A program made the position numbers and the translations under genes. The notes under the pieces are model-generated. The model worked only from the letters and a program-made list of their open reading frames with translations, was not told the DNA's origin and did not search any database. From Horticoccus luteus (GTDB lineage: Bacteria > Verrucomicrobiota > Verrucomicrobiia > Opitutales > Opitutaceae), in assembly GCF_019464535.1 (NCBI RefSeq), contig NZ_CP080507.1:4080001-4112000 (forward strand): a stretch of 32,000 nt of DNA, given 5' to 3'. Positions 9,466 through 20,075 of the stretch are shown here, in pieces; position 1 is the stretch's first letter; every line of letters starts with the position of its first letter.

Positions 9466-9471
9466 CACGAC

Positions 9472-10884
9472 TTAGAAGAACGTATAGTATTTGCCCGCCG
9501 CCATCCGCGAGATGAGCAGCGCGAGCTCCATCCCGTGATAGTCGCCCCACATCGACGATTCGCCGCAGGGCACCTTGCGCCCTTTCGGAATATGATCCCA
9601 GCCGTTCGGCCGGTGATAAACGCTGTGCAGCAGCAAGCCCTGATGCTTTTTGTCGGTCGACAGATAAGGCTCGGCAAAGAGCGTATCCGCAATCGTGAGG
9701 CCCGCCTGCAGATACTTGTTGCCCGCCGCCTTCTGGCCTTTCGCCACGAGGTAATTGCCGAGGCGAATCAGGCCCTGCGCCGCGATCGCTGCCGCCGAAC
9801 TGTCCACCGGCTCGAAGGCGTTGAACGGATCCGCCGGCTTCTTCGCGTAGTCGCCAAGTTGCCAGGTGTTGAGCGCGTTGCTGTCCCAATACGGCACGCC
9901 GTCCAGCGCCGAGTAACCGTCGATGTAATAATCGCTCGCCGCGCGCGCCGTCTCCAAAAACAAATCCGTCACCGCGCGCCGGCCGCCGACGGCGTCAAGA
10001 TCCACGCCCTGCGCCGCCTCGAGAAACTCCAACTGCTCCGCGAAACCGCAGATGATCCACGCCGCGCCGCGCGTCCACGTCGTGAACGGCGAATAACCCT
10101 GCTGCGAACTCGGGCAGCGGAACTGGCCGTCGTTGCGGTTGAAGATCGACTCATGCGCCACGCGCCCGCGCACGTCGTAAGTGTCGCGCCCCTGCCCGAA
10201 GAACACGTTGAACCGCGCCGTCGTCGCCGCGTGCTCGATCGCGCGATGCAGCAGATTCGTCGGCTTGTCGCCCTCGCCCATCAGCGCGTGGCCGAGCTGG
10301 TGCGCCACCACGAGCGAGCGCATCGAGCGGATCGTGTCCGCGAAAAGCGACTGCGGGCCGTTGAACGAATAAACGTAGCCGCTCGGCACCACGCCCGCGG
10401 AACCCTTCACCGGCGACCACGGCTCGCGGTAACCGGTCGTCGCATGCCGCGCCGCTTGCACCGCGCCCGACACTTTGAGCGCCAGCTCCGTAAAATTCAG
10501 CTCATCCTGATTGTGCGGGATTTTCCCCTCCAGCATCAGCCGCCGCAGGTTGCCGTAGGTGGACACGTTGTTGAACCCATGGTCATGCACGCCGGTGTGC
10601 GACACGTGCGAGGCCATCAATTTCACCGTCTTCTCGCGTCCAAGTTTCAACATCGCCTCGTCGCCCGTGGCGTCGAATTGCAGCAACGCCATGCCAAATT
10701 GAAATCCCTGCGTCCACTCGGTCCACCCGCGCGAGGTGTATTTACCCTTCACGGTAAACACCGGCGTGCCGTTCGCGGGATCCCACGCCGCATCGATCGC
10801 GCGGATCTTCTGCCCGGCGAGCTCAAACACGCGGGCGACTTTGGGTTGGAGCTGCTGGGCGCTCAAGCGGGCGTTGATCTTCAT
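9472..10884 (-). CDS. glycoside hydrolase family 88-like protein (unsaturated glucuronyl hydrolase superfamily), no signal peptide seen
   Basis: 470-aa ORF with an ATG start. WTEWTQGFQFG and HDHGFNN resemble the GH88 W-x-GFW-G and D/H-D-x-GF motifs. The alpha/alpha-barrel-like composition also fits. The family assignment comes from motif memory only. Confidence 0.5.
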   Translation of the reverse strand: MKINARLSAQQLQPKVARVFELAGQKIRAIDAAWDPANGTPVFTVKGKYTSRGWTEWTQGFQFGMALLQFDATGDEAMLKLGREKTVKLMASHVSHTGVHDHGFNNVSTYGNLRRLMLEGKIPHNQDELNFTELALKVSGAVQAARHATTGYREPWSPVKGSAGVVPSGYVYSFNGPQSLFADTIRSMRSLVVAHQLGHALMGEGDKPTNLLHRAIEHAATTARFNVFFGQGRDTYDVRGRVAHESIFNRNDGQFRCPSSQQGYSPFTTWTRGAAWIICGFAEQLEFLEAAQGVDLDAVGGRRAVTDLFLETARAASDYYIDGYSALDGVPYWDSNALNTWQLGDYAKKPADPFNAFEPVDSSAAAIAAQGLIRLGNYLVAKGQKAAGNKYLQAGLTIADTLFAEPYLSTDKKHQGLLLHSVYHRPNGWDHIPKGRKVPCGESSMWGDYHGMELALLISRMAAGKYYTFF

Positions 10885-10990
10885 AAAATAAACGCCGCAC
10901 CTTGCCGGCTTCGGCGCGGTGAAACAAGGGCGAAAGCGACCCGCGCGGGCGCGATTGCCTTTCCCCGGCGTTGCCTGTCAATCTCCGCGC

Positions 10991-11575
10991 GTGCCTCCAT
11001 TCGCCAAGGAGTTCCTCCAGTGCTTCATCCCGCTGTTCGTGGCCATCGACCCCATCGGCCTCGCCGCGATTTTTCTCTTCATGGGGCAGGGCGTGCCGCT
11101 GGCGACGCGCCACCGCATCGCGCGACAAGCCACCTGGACCGGCGGCATCGTCGCCCTCGCGTTTCTTTTTCTCGGCACGACGATTTTTGCGGCGGTCGGC
11201 ATCACCGTCAGCGACTTCCAGATCGCGGGTGGTCTCATTCTCTTCATCCTCGCCACGCGCGACCTCATTCACTCCGCCGCGGAGGAGCCGCCGAAATTCG
11301 GCGATGATTTTGGCGTCGTCCCGCTCGGGATGCCGCTCATCGCCGGGCCGGCGTCGATCACAACCCTGCTCGCCCTCTCGCAGACGCAAGGCGTGTGGGT
11401 CACCCTCGCCGCGCTCGCCGTCAACCTCGTGCTTGTCGCCGTCGCCTTGCTCGGCAGCGCCTGGCTCGGTCGCAAGGTCGGCACCACCGGCCTGCGCGCG
11501 ATTTCGAAAATCATTTCCATGCTCCTCGCCGCGATCGCGATCAGCATGATCCGCCGCGGCTGGGCCTCCGGATGA
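10991..11575 (+). CDS. marC: MarC family (UPF0056) integral membrane protein
   Basis: ORF 10919..11575. I chose the GTG at 10991 because family members begin near FxxxFxxLFxIxxPIG, here FLQCFIPLFVAIDPIGLAAIF. There are about six hydrophobic helices. This start also leaves a 106-bp divergent promoter region. Confidence 0.75.
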   Translation: MPPFAKEFLQCFIPLFVAIDPIGLAAIFLFMGQGVPLATRHRIARQATWTGGIVALAFLFLGTTIFAAVGITVSDFQIAGGLILFILATRDLIHSAAEEPPKFGDDFGVVPLGMPLIAGPASITTLLALSQTQGVWVTLAALAVNLVLVAVALLGSAWLGRKVGTTGLRAISKIISMLLAAIAISMIRRGWASG

Positions 11576-11670
11576 CGAATACGCGCGCCCCGCGTGCCGG
11601 CGGCGGCGCTCGCGGCCTTCTTTTCCTCCACCGAACGCAACGCCCGTGCGCTGGGCGGATGCATCTCTGA

Positions 11671-13152
<1,482 letters not shown>

Positions 13153-13180
13153 CTGACGCCCGATCCTGCGCGCCCCTGCG

Positions 13181-13200
13181 CTGGCCCTCCGGTGGGCCAG
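13181..13200. terminator. possible terminator hairpin between convergent gdhA and the M20 gene
   Basis: CTGGCCC-TCCGGT-GGGCCAG forms a 7-bp GC stem. There is no clear U-tract on either side. Confidence 0.3.
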
Positions 13201-13225
13201 CCAGAGCGCGCCTTGCCGCTTTTCG

Positions 13226-14467
13226 TCAGCCGCTGAACGTCGTCAGCAGCTCCGCGTAAATCTTCGCGCTGCGCACCAACTCGCGCACGTCCGCGCGTTC
13301 ATCCACCGCGTGGTAGTCATCGCCTCCCGGCCCGTAGCCGAGCGTGGGAATTTTCAGGTAGTGCGAGAAAAAGTGCATGTCGTTGAACCCCGTCGACACG
13401 TTGAACACCGTCTTCCCCCCGCGCACGCGGCGCACACAGCCCGCCATCGCCGCGAAGAACGGATGCTCCGGCGCCGAGTAGCACGAATAATTTTCCGAGA
13501 CCTTCTCGACGGTGATCTTGCACTGCGGGATACGGCGCGCCGCCGCCGCGAGAAACGCCCGCAACTCCTTCTCCGCCGCGACATGGTCCTCGACCGCCAG
13601 CACGCGCCGGTCGATCGTGAAACTCGCCCGCGCCGGCACCGTGTTGATCTTGCCGCCCGGGCCCGCCTCGAACACGCCCCCGACATTGATCGTCGGCCGC
13701 ATCGACTTGCCCTCCGGCGTGCGAAACGTCCGCCGCGCCAACTCGCGCTTATACTCCTCCAACGCGAGCACCAGCGCCGACATTTTCTCCAACGCGTTCA
13801 CCCCGTCCTCCGGTTGCGATCCATGCGCCGCGCGCCCGTGCACGATCACGTTGAACCAGAGCACGCCATTGTGCCCGCAACACACCGCGCGCCCTTCCCC
13901 GCCCTCCATCACGAGCGCGTAATCCGGCGAGATCGCCGCGTTCTGCACCACCCAGCCCGTGCCCAGCAGCGAATCCGTTTCCTCGTCCGCCGTAAACGAG
14001 ACTTCGATATTCATCTTCGGCTTCACACCGGTGGCCTTGAGCGCGCGCAACGCCAGCACGAGGCTCGCAATCGAGCCCTTCATATCCGCGGTGCCGCGCC
14101 CGTAAATCCAACCATCGTCCACCGCGCCGCTGAACGCCCCACCGTGCCGCCATTCGCCCGACACCGGCACGACGTCGTAATGAGCGTTGAAATGCACCGT
14201 CTTGGTCGCTCCCGGCACCGCCCGTTTTCCCACGACATTGTAACGCGGATAACCGAACTGCTCCGGCGGCAGGTGCAGCCGCAGAAACGCGTCCGGCACG
14301 CGGTGACGCTTCGCCGCGAGCCCGCACGCCGTCAGTTCACGCGTGAGAAATTCCGTGATCGCCCCGTAATTTTCGCCCGGCGGATTCACCGTGCTCGTCC
14401 GCACCAACTGTGCGAGCAACGCCGTCAGGTCGTCGGTGTGCGCGTCGAGATAGTCCGCCGGGGTCAT
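13226..14467 (-). CDS. M20 family metallopeptidase (ArgE/DapE-type deacylase)
   Basis: ORF 13226..14761. I chose the internal ATG at 14467 (MTPADYLDAHTDDLTALLAQLVRTSTVNPPGENY), because the upstream 98 codons are R/A/G-rich non-coding-like sequence. Motifs seen: NAHYDVVP, GRGTADMKG and FTADEE. Confidence 0.75.
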   Translation of the reverse strand: MTPADYLDAHTDDLTALLAQLVRTSTVNPPGENYGAITEFLTRELTACGLAAKRHRVPDAFLRLHLPPEQFGYPRYNVVGKRAVPGATKTVHFNAHYDVVPVSGEWRHGGAFSGAVDDGWIYGRGTADMKGSIASLVLALRALKATGVKPKMNIEVSFTADEETDSLLGTGWVVQNAAISPDYALVMEGGEGRAVCCGHNGVLWFNVIVHGRAAHGSQPEDGVNALEKMSALVLALEEYKRELARRTFRTPEGKSMRPTINVGGVFEAGPGGKINTVPARASFTIDRRVLAVEDHVAAEKELRAFLAAAARRIPQCKITVEKVSENYSCYSAPEHPFFAAMAGCVRRVRGGKTVFNVSTGFNDMHFFSHYLKIPTLGYGPGGDDYHAVDERADVRELVRSAKIYAELLTTFSG

Positions 14468-14738
14468 GCCGCCGACCCTCCCGCCCGCCGTCCGCTGACC
14501 TGCGCCGCGCGCTGCCGCGCGAGCCGACCGTTTGACCGTAAGCTGCCCTGCGCCAGTTGCATGCCCGTAGAATTCCCGAAACGCGCCGAAACGGAAGCGC
14601 AGAGTGCGCCCCGCCGTCCTTTCTACCGCGTGCGCTTGGCACCCTCCGGCGCGCGTCTCGCCGGCCACCCTGCGCGGCGGCTCGTTTCGAGCTTCGCTTC
14701 GTTTGACAGGGCCACGCGCGGCGGCATGCTCCGGCGCG

Positions 14739-15377
14739 ATGTCTCTCGCTGATTTGCGCAAGGATTACTCGCTCGCCGGCCTCGTGGAAAAGGATTTGGC
14801 GCGCGATCCCTTCCGCCAGTTCGACAAATGGTTTCAGGAGGCGCAAGGCGCCAAGATCCCCGAGCCCAACGCGATGGTCGTGGCCACCGCGACGCGCGAG
14901 GGCCGGCCTTCCACGCGCACCGTTCTCCTCAAAGGGATCGATGGTCGCGGCTTCGTTTTCTACACCAATTACGAAAGCCGCAAAGGCCGCGAAATCGAAG
15001 CCAACGCCCGCGTGTCGCTCCTCTTCCCATGGATCGCGATCGAGCGCCAGATCATCGTGGAGGGCACGGTGACCAAGGTTTCGCGCGAGGAAAGCGCCGC
15101 CTATTTTCACTCCCGCCCGCAAGCCAGCCAGATTGGCGCCTGGGCCTCGCAACAAAGCGCCGTGATCGGCAGCCGCGCGCTGCTCGAACAAGCCTTCAAA
15201 GCCGCCGAGAAAAAATACGCCGGCAGCGAAATCCCCATGCCGCCACAATGGGGCGGCTACCGTGTAAACCCCGAGACCGTGGAATTCTGGCAGGGCCGCC
15301 GCAGCCGCCTCCACGACCGCCTCCGCTATCGCCGCGAAGCCAACGGCGACTGGACGATCGAGCGCCTCTCCCCGTGA
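14739..15377 (+). CDS. pdxH: pyridoxamine 5-prime-phosphate oxidase
   Basis: ATG at 14739 ([10 protein letters not shown]). [54 protein letters not shown] and the C-terminal ERLSP are diagnostic for PdxH. Confidence 0.9.
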   Translation: MSLADLRKDYSLAGLVEKDLARDPFRQFDKWFQEAQGAKIPEPNAMVVATATREGRPSTRTVLLKGIDGRGFVFYTNYESRKGREIEANARVSLLFPWIAIERQIIVEGTVTKVSREESAAYFHSRPQASQIGAWASQQSAVIGSRALLEQAFKAAEKKYAGSEIPMPPQWGGYRVNPETVEFWQGRRSRLHDRLRYRREANGDWTIERLSP

Positions 15378-16915
15378 AGCGCCGCCCGGTGCGCCCGGCC
15401 GTCGATGCGGAATTGCTCGCCGCCGCCGTGCGCGGCCAGGCCGAAGGCGTTTTCATTGCCCGCCGCCGCCTCGGCCCGCGCGGTTTCACGATCCTCTACG
15501 CCAACGACAGCCTCGCGGCGATGGCCGGCCTCGCCCCCGGCGAACTCACCGGCCAGCCCCACGGCGTGCTCCACGCCGATGCCGCCGAACGCGAACGCTT
15601 GCGCACGTGGCTGGCCACTCTCGCGCCCGGTGCCTCGCTCAACGGCGAAGGTTACCTCGTGCGCCGCGGCGGCACGTCCTTCTACGCCGCGTGGACGTTC
15701 AGCCCCGTCTTCGACGACGCCGGCCGCGCGCAGCACATCGTGGCGATTTACCGCGACATCAGCGAAAAACGAAAATTGCAGGAAGCCCTCGCACGCGCCC
15801 AGCGCCTCGACGCCGTCGGCCGGCTCGCGGGCGGCGTCGCCCACGACTTCAACAACCTGATGTCGGTCATCAACGGCTACTGCGAAATCCTCAAGCCCCG
15901 CCTTGGCGCGTTTCCCCAAGCGTTGCACGACATCGAAGAGGTTCACAAAGCCGGCGAGAAAGCCGCCGCCCTTACCCGTCAGCTTCTCGCCTTCGGCCGC
16001 CGCCAGCCGATGCACCCGCAGACGCTCAGCCTCAACGACATCGTGCGCGAAAATGCCAGCCTGCTGGAACGCCTCCTCGGCGAGACCGGCCAGCTGGAGT
16101 TGCGCCTCGCCCCGGCCCCGCTCTACGTGCAGGCCGATCCGGTGCACCTGCAACAGGTGCTGCTCAACCTCACCATCAACGCGCGCGATGCCTTGCGCGA
16201 CAACGGCCGCGTCACCATCAGCACCGCCCCCCGCGAGATCGTGACCGCTCACCATCGCCGCTCCACCGATACTCCGCCCGGGCACTACGTCGTCCTCACC
16301 GTCGCCGACAACGGCACCGGCATGGATGCCCACACGCAGGAGCATTTGTTCGAACCGTTTTTCACCACCAAGCCCGAGGGCAAGGGCACGGGCCTCGGCC
16401 TGCCGATCGTCTATGGCATCGTGCAACAGAGCAACGGCTTCATCACCGTGCGCAGCGCCCCGCTCACCGGCGCCACGTTTGAAATCCTCCTCCCGGCCAC
16501 GACGGCACCGGCGATAACGCCTCCGCCCGCGTTGATCTCCCCGCCCGTGGTCACGCGGGGCAACGAAGCCATTCTCCTGATCGAGCACGACGAGGTGGTG
16601 CGCAAAATGTTCGCCGGCATCCTGACCGCGGACGGCTATCGCGTGACCGCGGCGGCGAGCCTCAAAACCGCCCTCGCGCATCCCGCGCGCTCCGCTCCGC
16701 CCTTCAAACTCCTCATCGCCCGCGTCTCCGGCGAAGCCGAGACGTTCGCGCGCCAGTTGCTCGCCCAACTCCCCGACCTGCGTGTGCTCCGCATGACCGA
16801 GTCGGACACCGTGCCAGCGTTGCGCTGGTGGCCGGAACAGCACCAGACCTCGCTCACGAAACCCTTTGCCTTGAACGAACTGCTCAAAGCCACGCGTCGC
16901 GTGCTCGACGCCTGA
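15374..16915 (+). CDS. PAS-domain sensor histidine kinase with C-terminal degenerate receiver-like domain
   Basis: ORF 14828..16915. I chose the GTG at 15374, which overlaps the pdxH stop (GTGA). It has a PAS-like N-terminus, an H-box ([17 protein letters not shown]), an N-box ([11 protein letters not shown]), G-boxes ([20 protein letters not shown]), and then a CheY-like region (ILLIEHDE ... LTKPF). Confidence 0.8.
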   Translation: MKRRPVRPAVDAELLAAAVRGQAEGVFIARRRLGPRGFTILYANDSLAAMAGLAPGELTGQPHGVLHADAAERERLRTWLATLAPGASLNGEGYLVRRGGTSFYAAWTFSPVFDDAGRAQHIVAIYRDISEKRKLQEALARAQRLDAVGRLAGGVAHDFNNLMSVINGYCEILKPRLGAFPQALHDIEEVHKAGEKAAALTRQLLAFGRRQPMHPQTLSLNDIVRENASLLERLLGETGQLELRLAPAPLYVQADPVHLQQVLLNLTINARDALRDNGRVTISTAPREIVTAHHRRSTDTPPGHYVVLTVADNGTGMDAHTQEHLFEPFFTTKPEGKGTGLGLPIVYGIVQQSNGFITVRSAPLTGATFEILLPATTAPAITPPPALISPPVVTRGNEAILLIEHDEVVRKMFAGILTADGYRVTAAASLKTALAHPARSAPPFKLLIARVSGEAETFARQLLAQLPDLRVLRMTESDTVPALRWWPEQHQTSLTKPFALNELLKATRRVLDA

Positions 16916-16930
16916 TTCGCCCGCGTCGCG

Positions 16931-17650
16931 ATGAATCTGCACGTGCTGCCGATCCGCACCGCCGGTGCCGCCGAAAACATGGCGGCCGATTTCCTCCTGC
17001 TGCAACGCTACCCCGGCGCGCCTGCCGTGCGCTTTCGTCATTATGAATGGCGCGCGCCCGCGTTCACCTTTGGCTTCAGCCAGAAAATCGCGTTCATCCG
17101 CGCCACGCTGCCGCCCGACGAGACCTTCGATCTCTGCCGCCGTCCGACCGGCGGCGGCCTCGTCGATCATCGCGACGACTGGACCTACACCCTCGTCGTC
17201 CCCCGCGGTCATCCGCTCGAGGAGTTGCGCGCCAGCGCGAGCTACCGCGCCACGCACGAATGTCTCGCCGCCGCCCTCGTCCGCCAAGGCGTGCCTGCCC
17301 TGATCAAAACCACCTGCGAACCCGCCGCCGAGGGCAACGCATGCGGCGCGGCCGGCGTGTGTTTCCAACGCGCCGAACTTTACGATGTCGTCCACCGTGA
17401 GTCCGGCGAAAAAATCGCCGGCGCTGCGCAGAAGCGCAACAAGCACGGCCTCCTCTTCCAAGGCTCGCTCTGGCGCCCCGCCGTCGGCGCGCCGCTCGAC
17501 TGGGATCAGTTGCACGACGACTTCGTCGCCGCTCTCGCGGAGTCCCTGGCGGTCCAGGCCGCGCCGACCCCGTGGCCGGACTTCGCGGACGACGAACTCA
17601 GCGGCCTGACCGACGCCTATTCGTCACCCGAGTGGATCGAAGCGCGGTGA
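16931..17650 (+). CDS. lipoate-protein ligase / octanoyltransferase family protein (BPL_LplA_LipB catalytic domain only)
   Basis: 239 aa. RRPTGGGLVDHRDDWTY and the catalytic-lysine segment GEKIAGAAQKR match LplA/LipM-type catalytic domains. There is no LplA C-terminal accessory domain. Confidence 0.7.
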   Translation: MNLHVLPIRTAGAAENMAADFLLLQRYPGAPAVRFRHYEWRAPAFTFGFSQKIAFIRATLPPDETFDLCRRPTGGGLVDHRDDWTYTLVVPRGHPLEELRASASYRATHECLAAALVRQGVPALIKTTCEPAAEGNACGAAGVCFQRAELYDVVHRESGEKIAGAAQKRNKHGLLFQGSLWRPAVGAPLDWDQLHDDFVAALAESLAVQAAPTPWPDFADDELSGLTDAYSSPEWIEAR

Positions 17651-17704
17651 ACGTCGCGCGTTAACGTCAACGCGAGCGCGCTCCACCGCCGCGGCGGCTT
17701 CGCA

Positions 17705-19960
17705 TCACAGAGTCGCCGGAGCGGGCGCCGGCGGAGTCGCCGCCGCCGGGCTATTCGCAGGGCCTGGTGCCGGCGCCGCCGCCGCCGGAGCCGGTGCCGC
17801 GACGCGCGGCCGAAACGGCCACGTGCGCAACGTCTTCGCCGTGAACAGACCTGCGAGCAACAGCACGACGAGCACGTAGAAAAATTTCCGCTTCCGCGCC
17901 GCCGCCTTGTTCACGTAAGGATCGTCCAGCGTGCGATGGGCGTTACCCGGCAGCGTCGCCACCTGCGTGAGCTGGCCACCGAAGGGAATATTGATCTTCA
18001 CCCGACCATTCACCGCCCAGCCGTTGGCATCGAGAATCGGCCCGAGATTGCGATGCCGCAGCTTGAGCGCGGCCATCAGCATCGACGGCCCGGAGATCAG
18101 CACGAAGATCCCCAAAATCACCAACGGCATCTGCCACGGTTCGAGCTTGAGAAAGCCCGACATCACCGCCGCCAGCGCGCTGCCGATCGCGCCCAACGCC
18201 AGACCGATCGCTGCGAAAATGCCGGCGAACTTGGCGATATCGAAGGGCGTGTTCTGCTTCGCGGGCGCACCCGCCAGCGGTGCTGACGCCGCCCCGACTC
18301 CCGCGCTCGCGCGCGCTGTCGCCTCCTTGTCCCAATCCGACGCAAATTTCGCCACCTGGTCGCCGATCATCTTGCCGATGCGTTTATAGGGCGTCCACAT
18401 CGCCTGCCGAATGCTGATCGGGTGTTCGACGATCTTCACGATGCGCGCGTCCCAGTCGCGCCCTTCGCGGTCGTAGAACACGCCATTGCGCCCCGGCATG
18501 AGATTGTCCGCATCGCCGCCGGTGATCGCGGCCGCGAGCGTGAATTTCTCCAGGCCTTTCCGGGCGCACTCGCAATACGCGAGATACGTCTGGCTCAAAT
18601 CCGCGAATTTCGCGTGCCGGTCCATGTCGCCGACGCGCACGCACAACTGGAAACTCCGCCCATCCAGATACAGCGTGCCCGCCTGAAAAATTGCCCAGCG
18701 GTCCGGCTCATAGAAATCGAAGAACGAAACAAAATTGTTCAGCAGCCGATAAAGGTCGCGATAGTAGCGCAGCAACCGGTCCAGATCGCTCACCGCCGCC
18801 ATCTCGGAGGCCAGCGCCGCATCCTTGTGCGAGAGCTCGGTCAACGTCGCTTGCAGCGGCCCCGTCACGAGCTCCCGCAGCCGCGGCAGCCCCAGCGATT
18901 CCACGACCGCTCCCAGTATCTTCGCGCGCCACGCCGCGTAGGGCGCCAGCCGGTCTTTGATCGTCTGCCATTCCGCCCGCGTGAGCTCCGTGCGCGGCCC
19001 CAGCAGCGGCGCCACCGCCTGCGTCGCCAGCGCGGCCAGGCGCGCCGTCCACGCCGGATTCACTTTGCCCGCCAGCGGCAACGCGCTGTCCGCCGCGACC
19101 GGCGCGATCGGCAGCTGCTCCACGGCGGAGGTCTCCGTGGCGAGATTCTTCGCCGCCATCGCGGCAAAGTCTTCCACCGCACCGTTCAACGCGCCCGCGG
19201 CGCGAGGATCGAACGCCGCCAGATTCGCCCGCACAAAATAATCGTCCACCTTCGCCGCCACCGCCGCATAAGCCTCGAACGCCGCGTCCGTCTGCGCGCC
19301 GATCGTCCGCACCGCCTCCGCCACGCCCGCCGCCTGCCACGCCACGTAGTCGCGCGCCGCGGCAAAAAACGCCTCCACCTTGTCCGCGTTGATGCCGACC
19401 TCTCCGCTGCGATCAGGCAGGCCGCCCACCGTCGCGATGATGTCGTTGATCGCTTGCGCCACCGCCGCGTCGCCCGCTGTCGCCGCCGTGATCACGCCAT
19501 CGCCGTTCAACCGCGTCGTCTTGAAAATGAGATCCTGATCAACGGTGTCCTTCGCCGAAATCTCCGTGGCACCCGGTCGCCCCACGCTCACGAGCACCTC
19601 ACGCGCCGCCGCGAGGAGCAACGCACCTTCGGGTGTCTGGTCGTTGATCGCCGCGAGCGGCATCAACGGCGCGGGATCGATGATCACGCCGATATCCTTC
19701 AAGTGCTGGTCGCACCAATGCACCGCCGCCAGCAGCTCCGGCACCCGGATGCGCCCGTCACCATCGAGGTCGATCATGGCGAGCGTGCGCTCGTCGAACT
19801 CCAACCCGCGTACCGGACAGCTTAACGCCGCCCACAACTTTTGATCGAGCTGCCCGAGCGCCTTCAGATCCTCCGCCGTGGAGATCCGCACCTGATCAAA
19901 TCCGCCGATGCGGAAAAATTTCCAGACGTGTTGCTGCGCGCCAAATCCGAATTTGATCAT
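17705..19960 (-). CDS. large hypothetical membrane protein with N-terminal EF-hand-like Ca-binding loop and C-terminal transmembrane helices
   Basis: 751-aa ORF with an ATG start and coding-like composition throughout. It has a canonical DxDxDGxIxxxE loop (DLDGDGRIRVPE), a long Ala-rich helical middle region, and three hydrophobic helices near the C-terminus (FAGIFAAIGLALGAIGSALAAVM, MPLVILGIFVLISGPSMLMAAL, FFYVLVVLLLAGLF). It ends in a Pro/Ala tail. I recognise no family. Confidence 0.6.
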   Translation of the reverse strand: MIKFGFGAQQHVWKFFRIGGFDQVRISTAEDLKALGQLDQKLWAALSCPVRGLEFDERTLAMIDLDGDGRIRVPELLAAVHWCDQHLKDIGVIIDPAPLMPLAAINDQTPEGALLLAAAREVLVSVGRPGATEISAKDTVDQDLIFKTTRLNGDGVITAATAGDAAVAQAINDIIATVGGLPDRSGEVGINADKVEAFFAAARDYVAWQAAGVAEAVRTIGAQTDAAFEAYAAVAAKVDDYFVRANLAAFDPRAAGALNGAVEDFAAMAAKNLATETSAVEQLPIAPVAADSALPLAGKVNPAWTARLAALATQAVAPLLGPRTELTRAEWQTIKDRLAPYAAWRAKILGAVVESLGLPRLRELVTGPLQATLTELSHKDAALASEMAAVSDLDRLLRYYRDLYRLLNNFVSFFDFYEPDRWAIFQAGTLYLDGRSFQLCVRVGDMDRHAKFADLSQTYLAYCECARKGLEKFTLAAAITGGDADNLMPGRNGVFYDREGRDWDARIVKIVEHPISIRQAMWTPYKRIGKMIGDQVAKFASDWDKEATARASAGVGAASAPLAGAPAKQNTPFDIAKFAGIFAAIGLALGAIGSALAAVMSGFLKLEPWQMPLVILGIFVLISGPSMLMAALKLRHRNLGPILDANGWAVNGRVKINIPFGGQLTQVATLPGNAHRTLDDPYVNKAAARKRKFFYVLVVLLLAGLFTAKTLRTWPFRPRVAAPAPAAAAPAPGPANSPAAATPPAPAPATL

Positions 19961-20075
19961 CCCCGCTTTGTGTCGGGCGAAGTCGCCCAGCGCAACCTGC
20001 GAGATGACGGCTTTAGGCCGACGCGTCGCTACGATTTTCGCTGTTCACAGCCGTGTAAAATGCCAGCGTCGCGCC

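Noticed and set aside
14703-14731. TTGACA-N17-ATGCTC upstream of pdxH as a possible sigma-70-type promoter.
   Set aside because: The -35 hexamer is perfect but the -10 is poor, and it would give an almost leaderless mRNA. Promoter consensus for this lineage is uncertain, so the evidence is too weak to annotate.
14468-14761. N-terminal 98-codon extension of the M20 peptidase ORF. The same applies to the 182-codon extension of the kinase ORF (14828..15373) and the 81-codon extension of the 979-aa ORF (21736..21978).
   Set aside because: The extensions are Arg/Ala/Gly-rich and have no family counterpart. Two of them overlap other supported genes or promoter regions. Internal starts give N-termini that match the family.
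15326-17515. 729-aa minus-strand ORF opposite the histidine kinase and LplA-like genes.
   Set aside because: It has no motifs and a G/A/R-rich composition. The plus-strand frames contain complete kinase boxes and the LplA catalytic segment.
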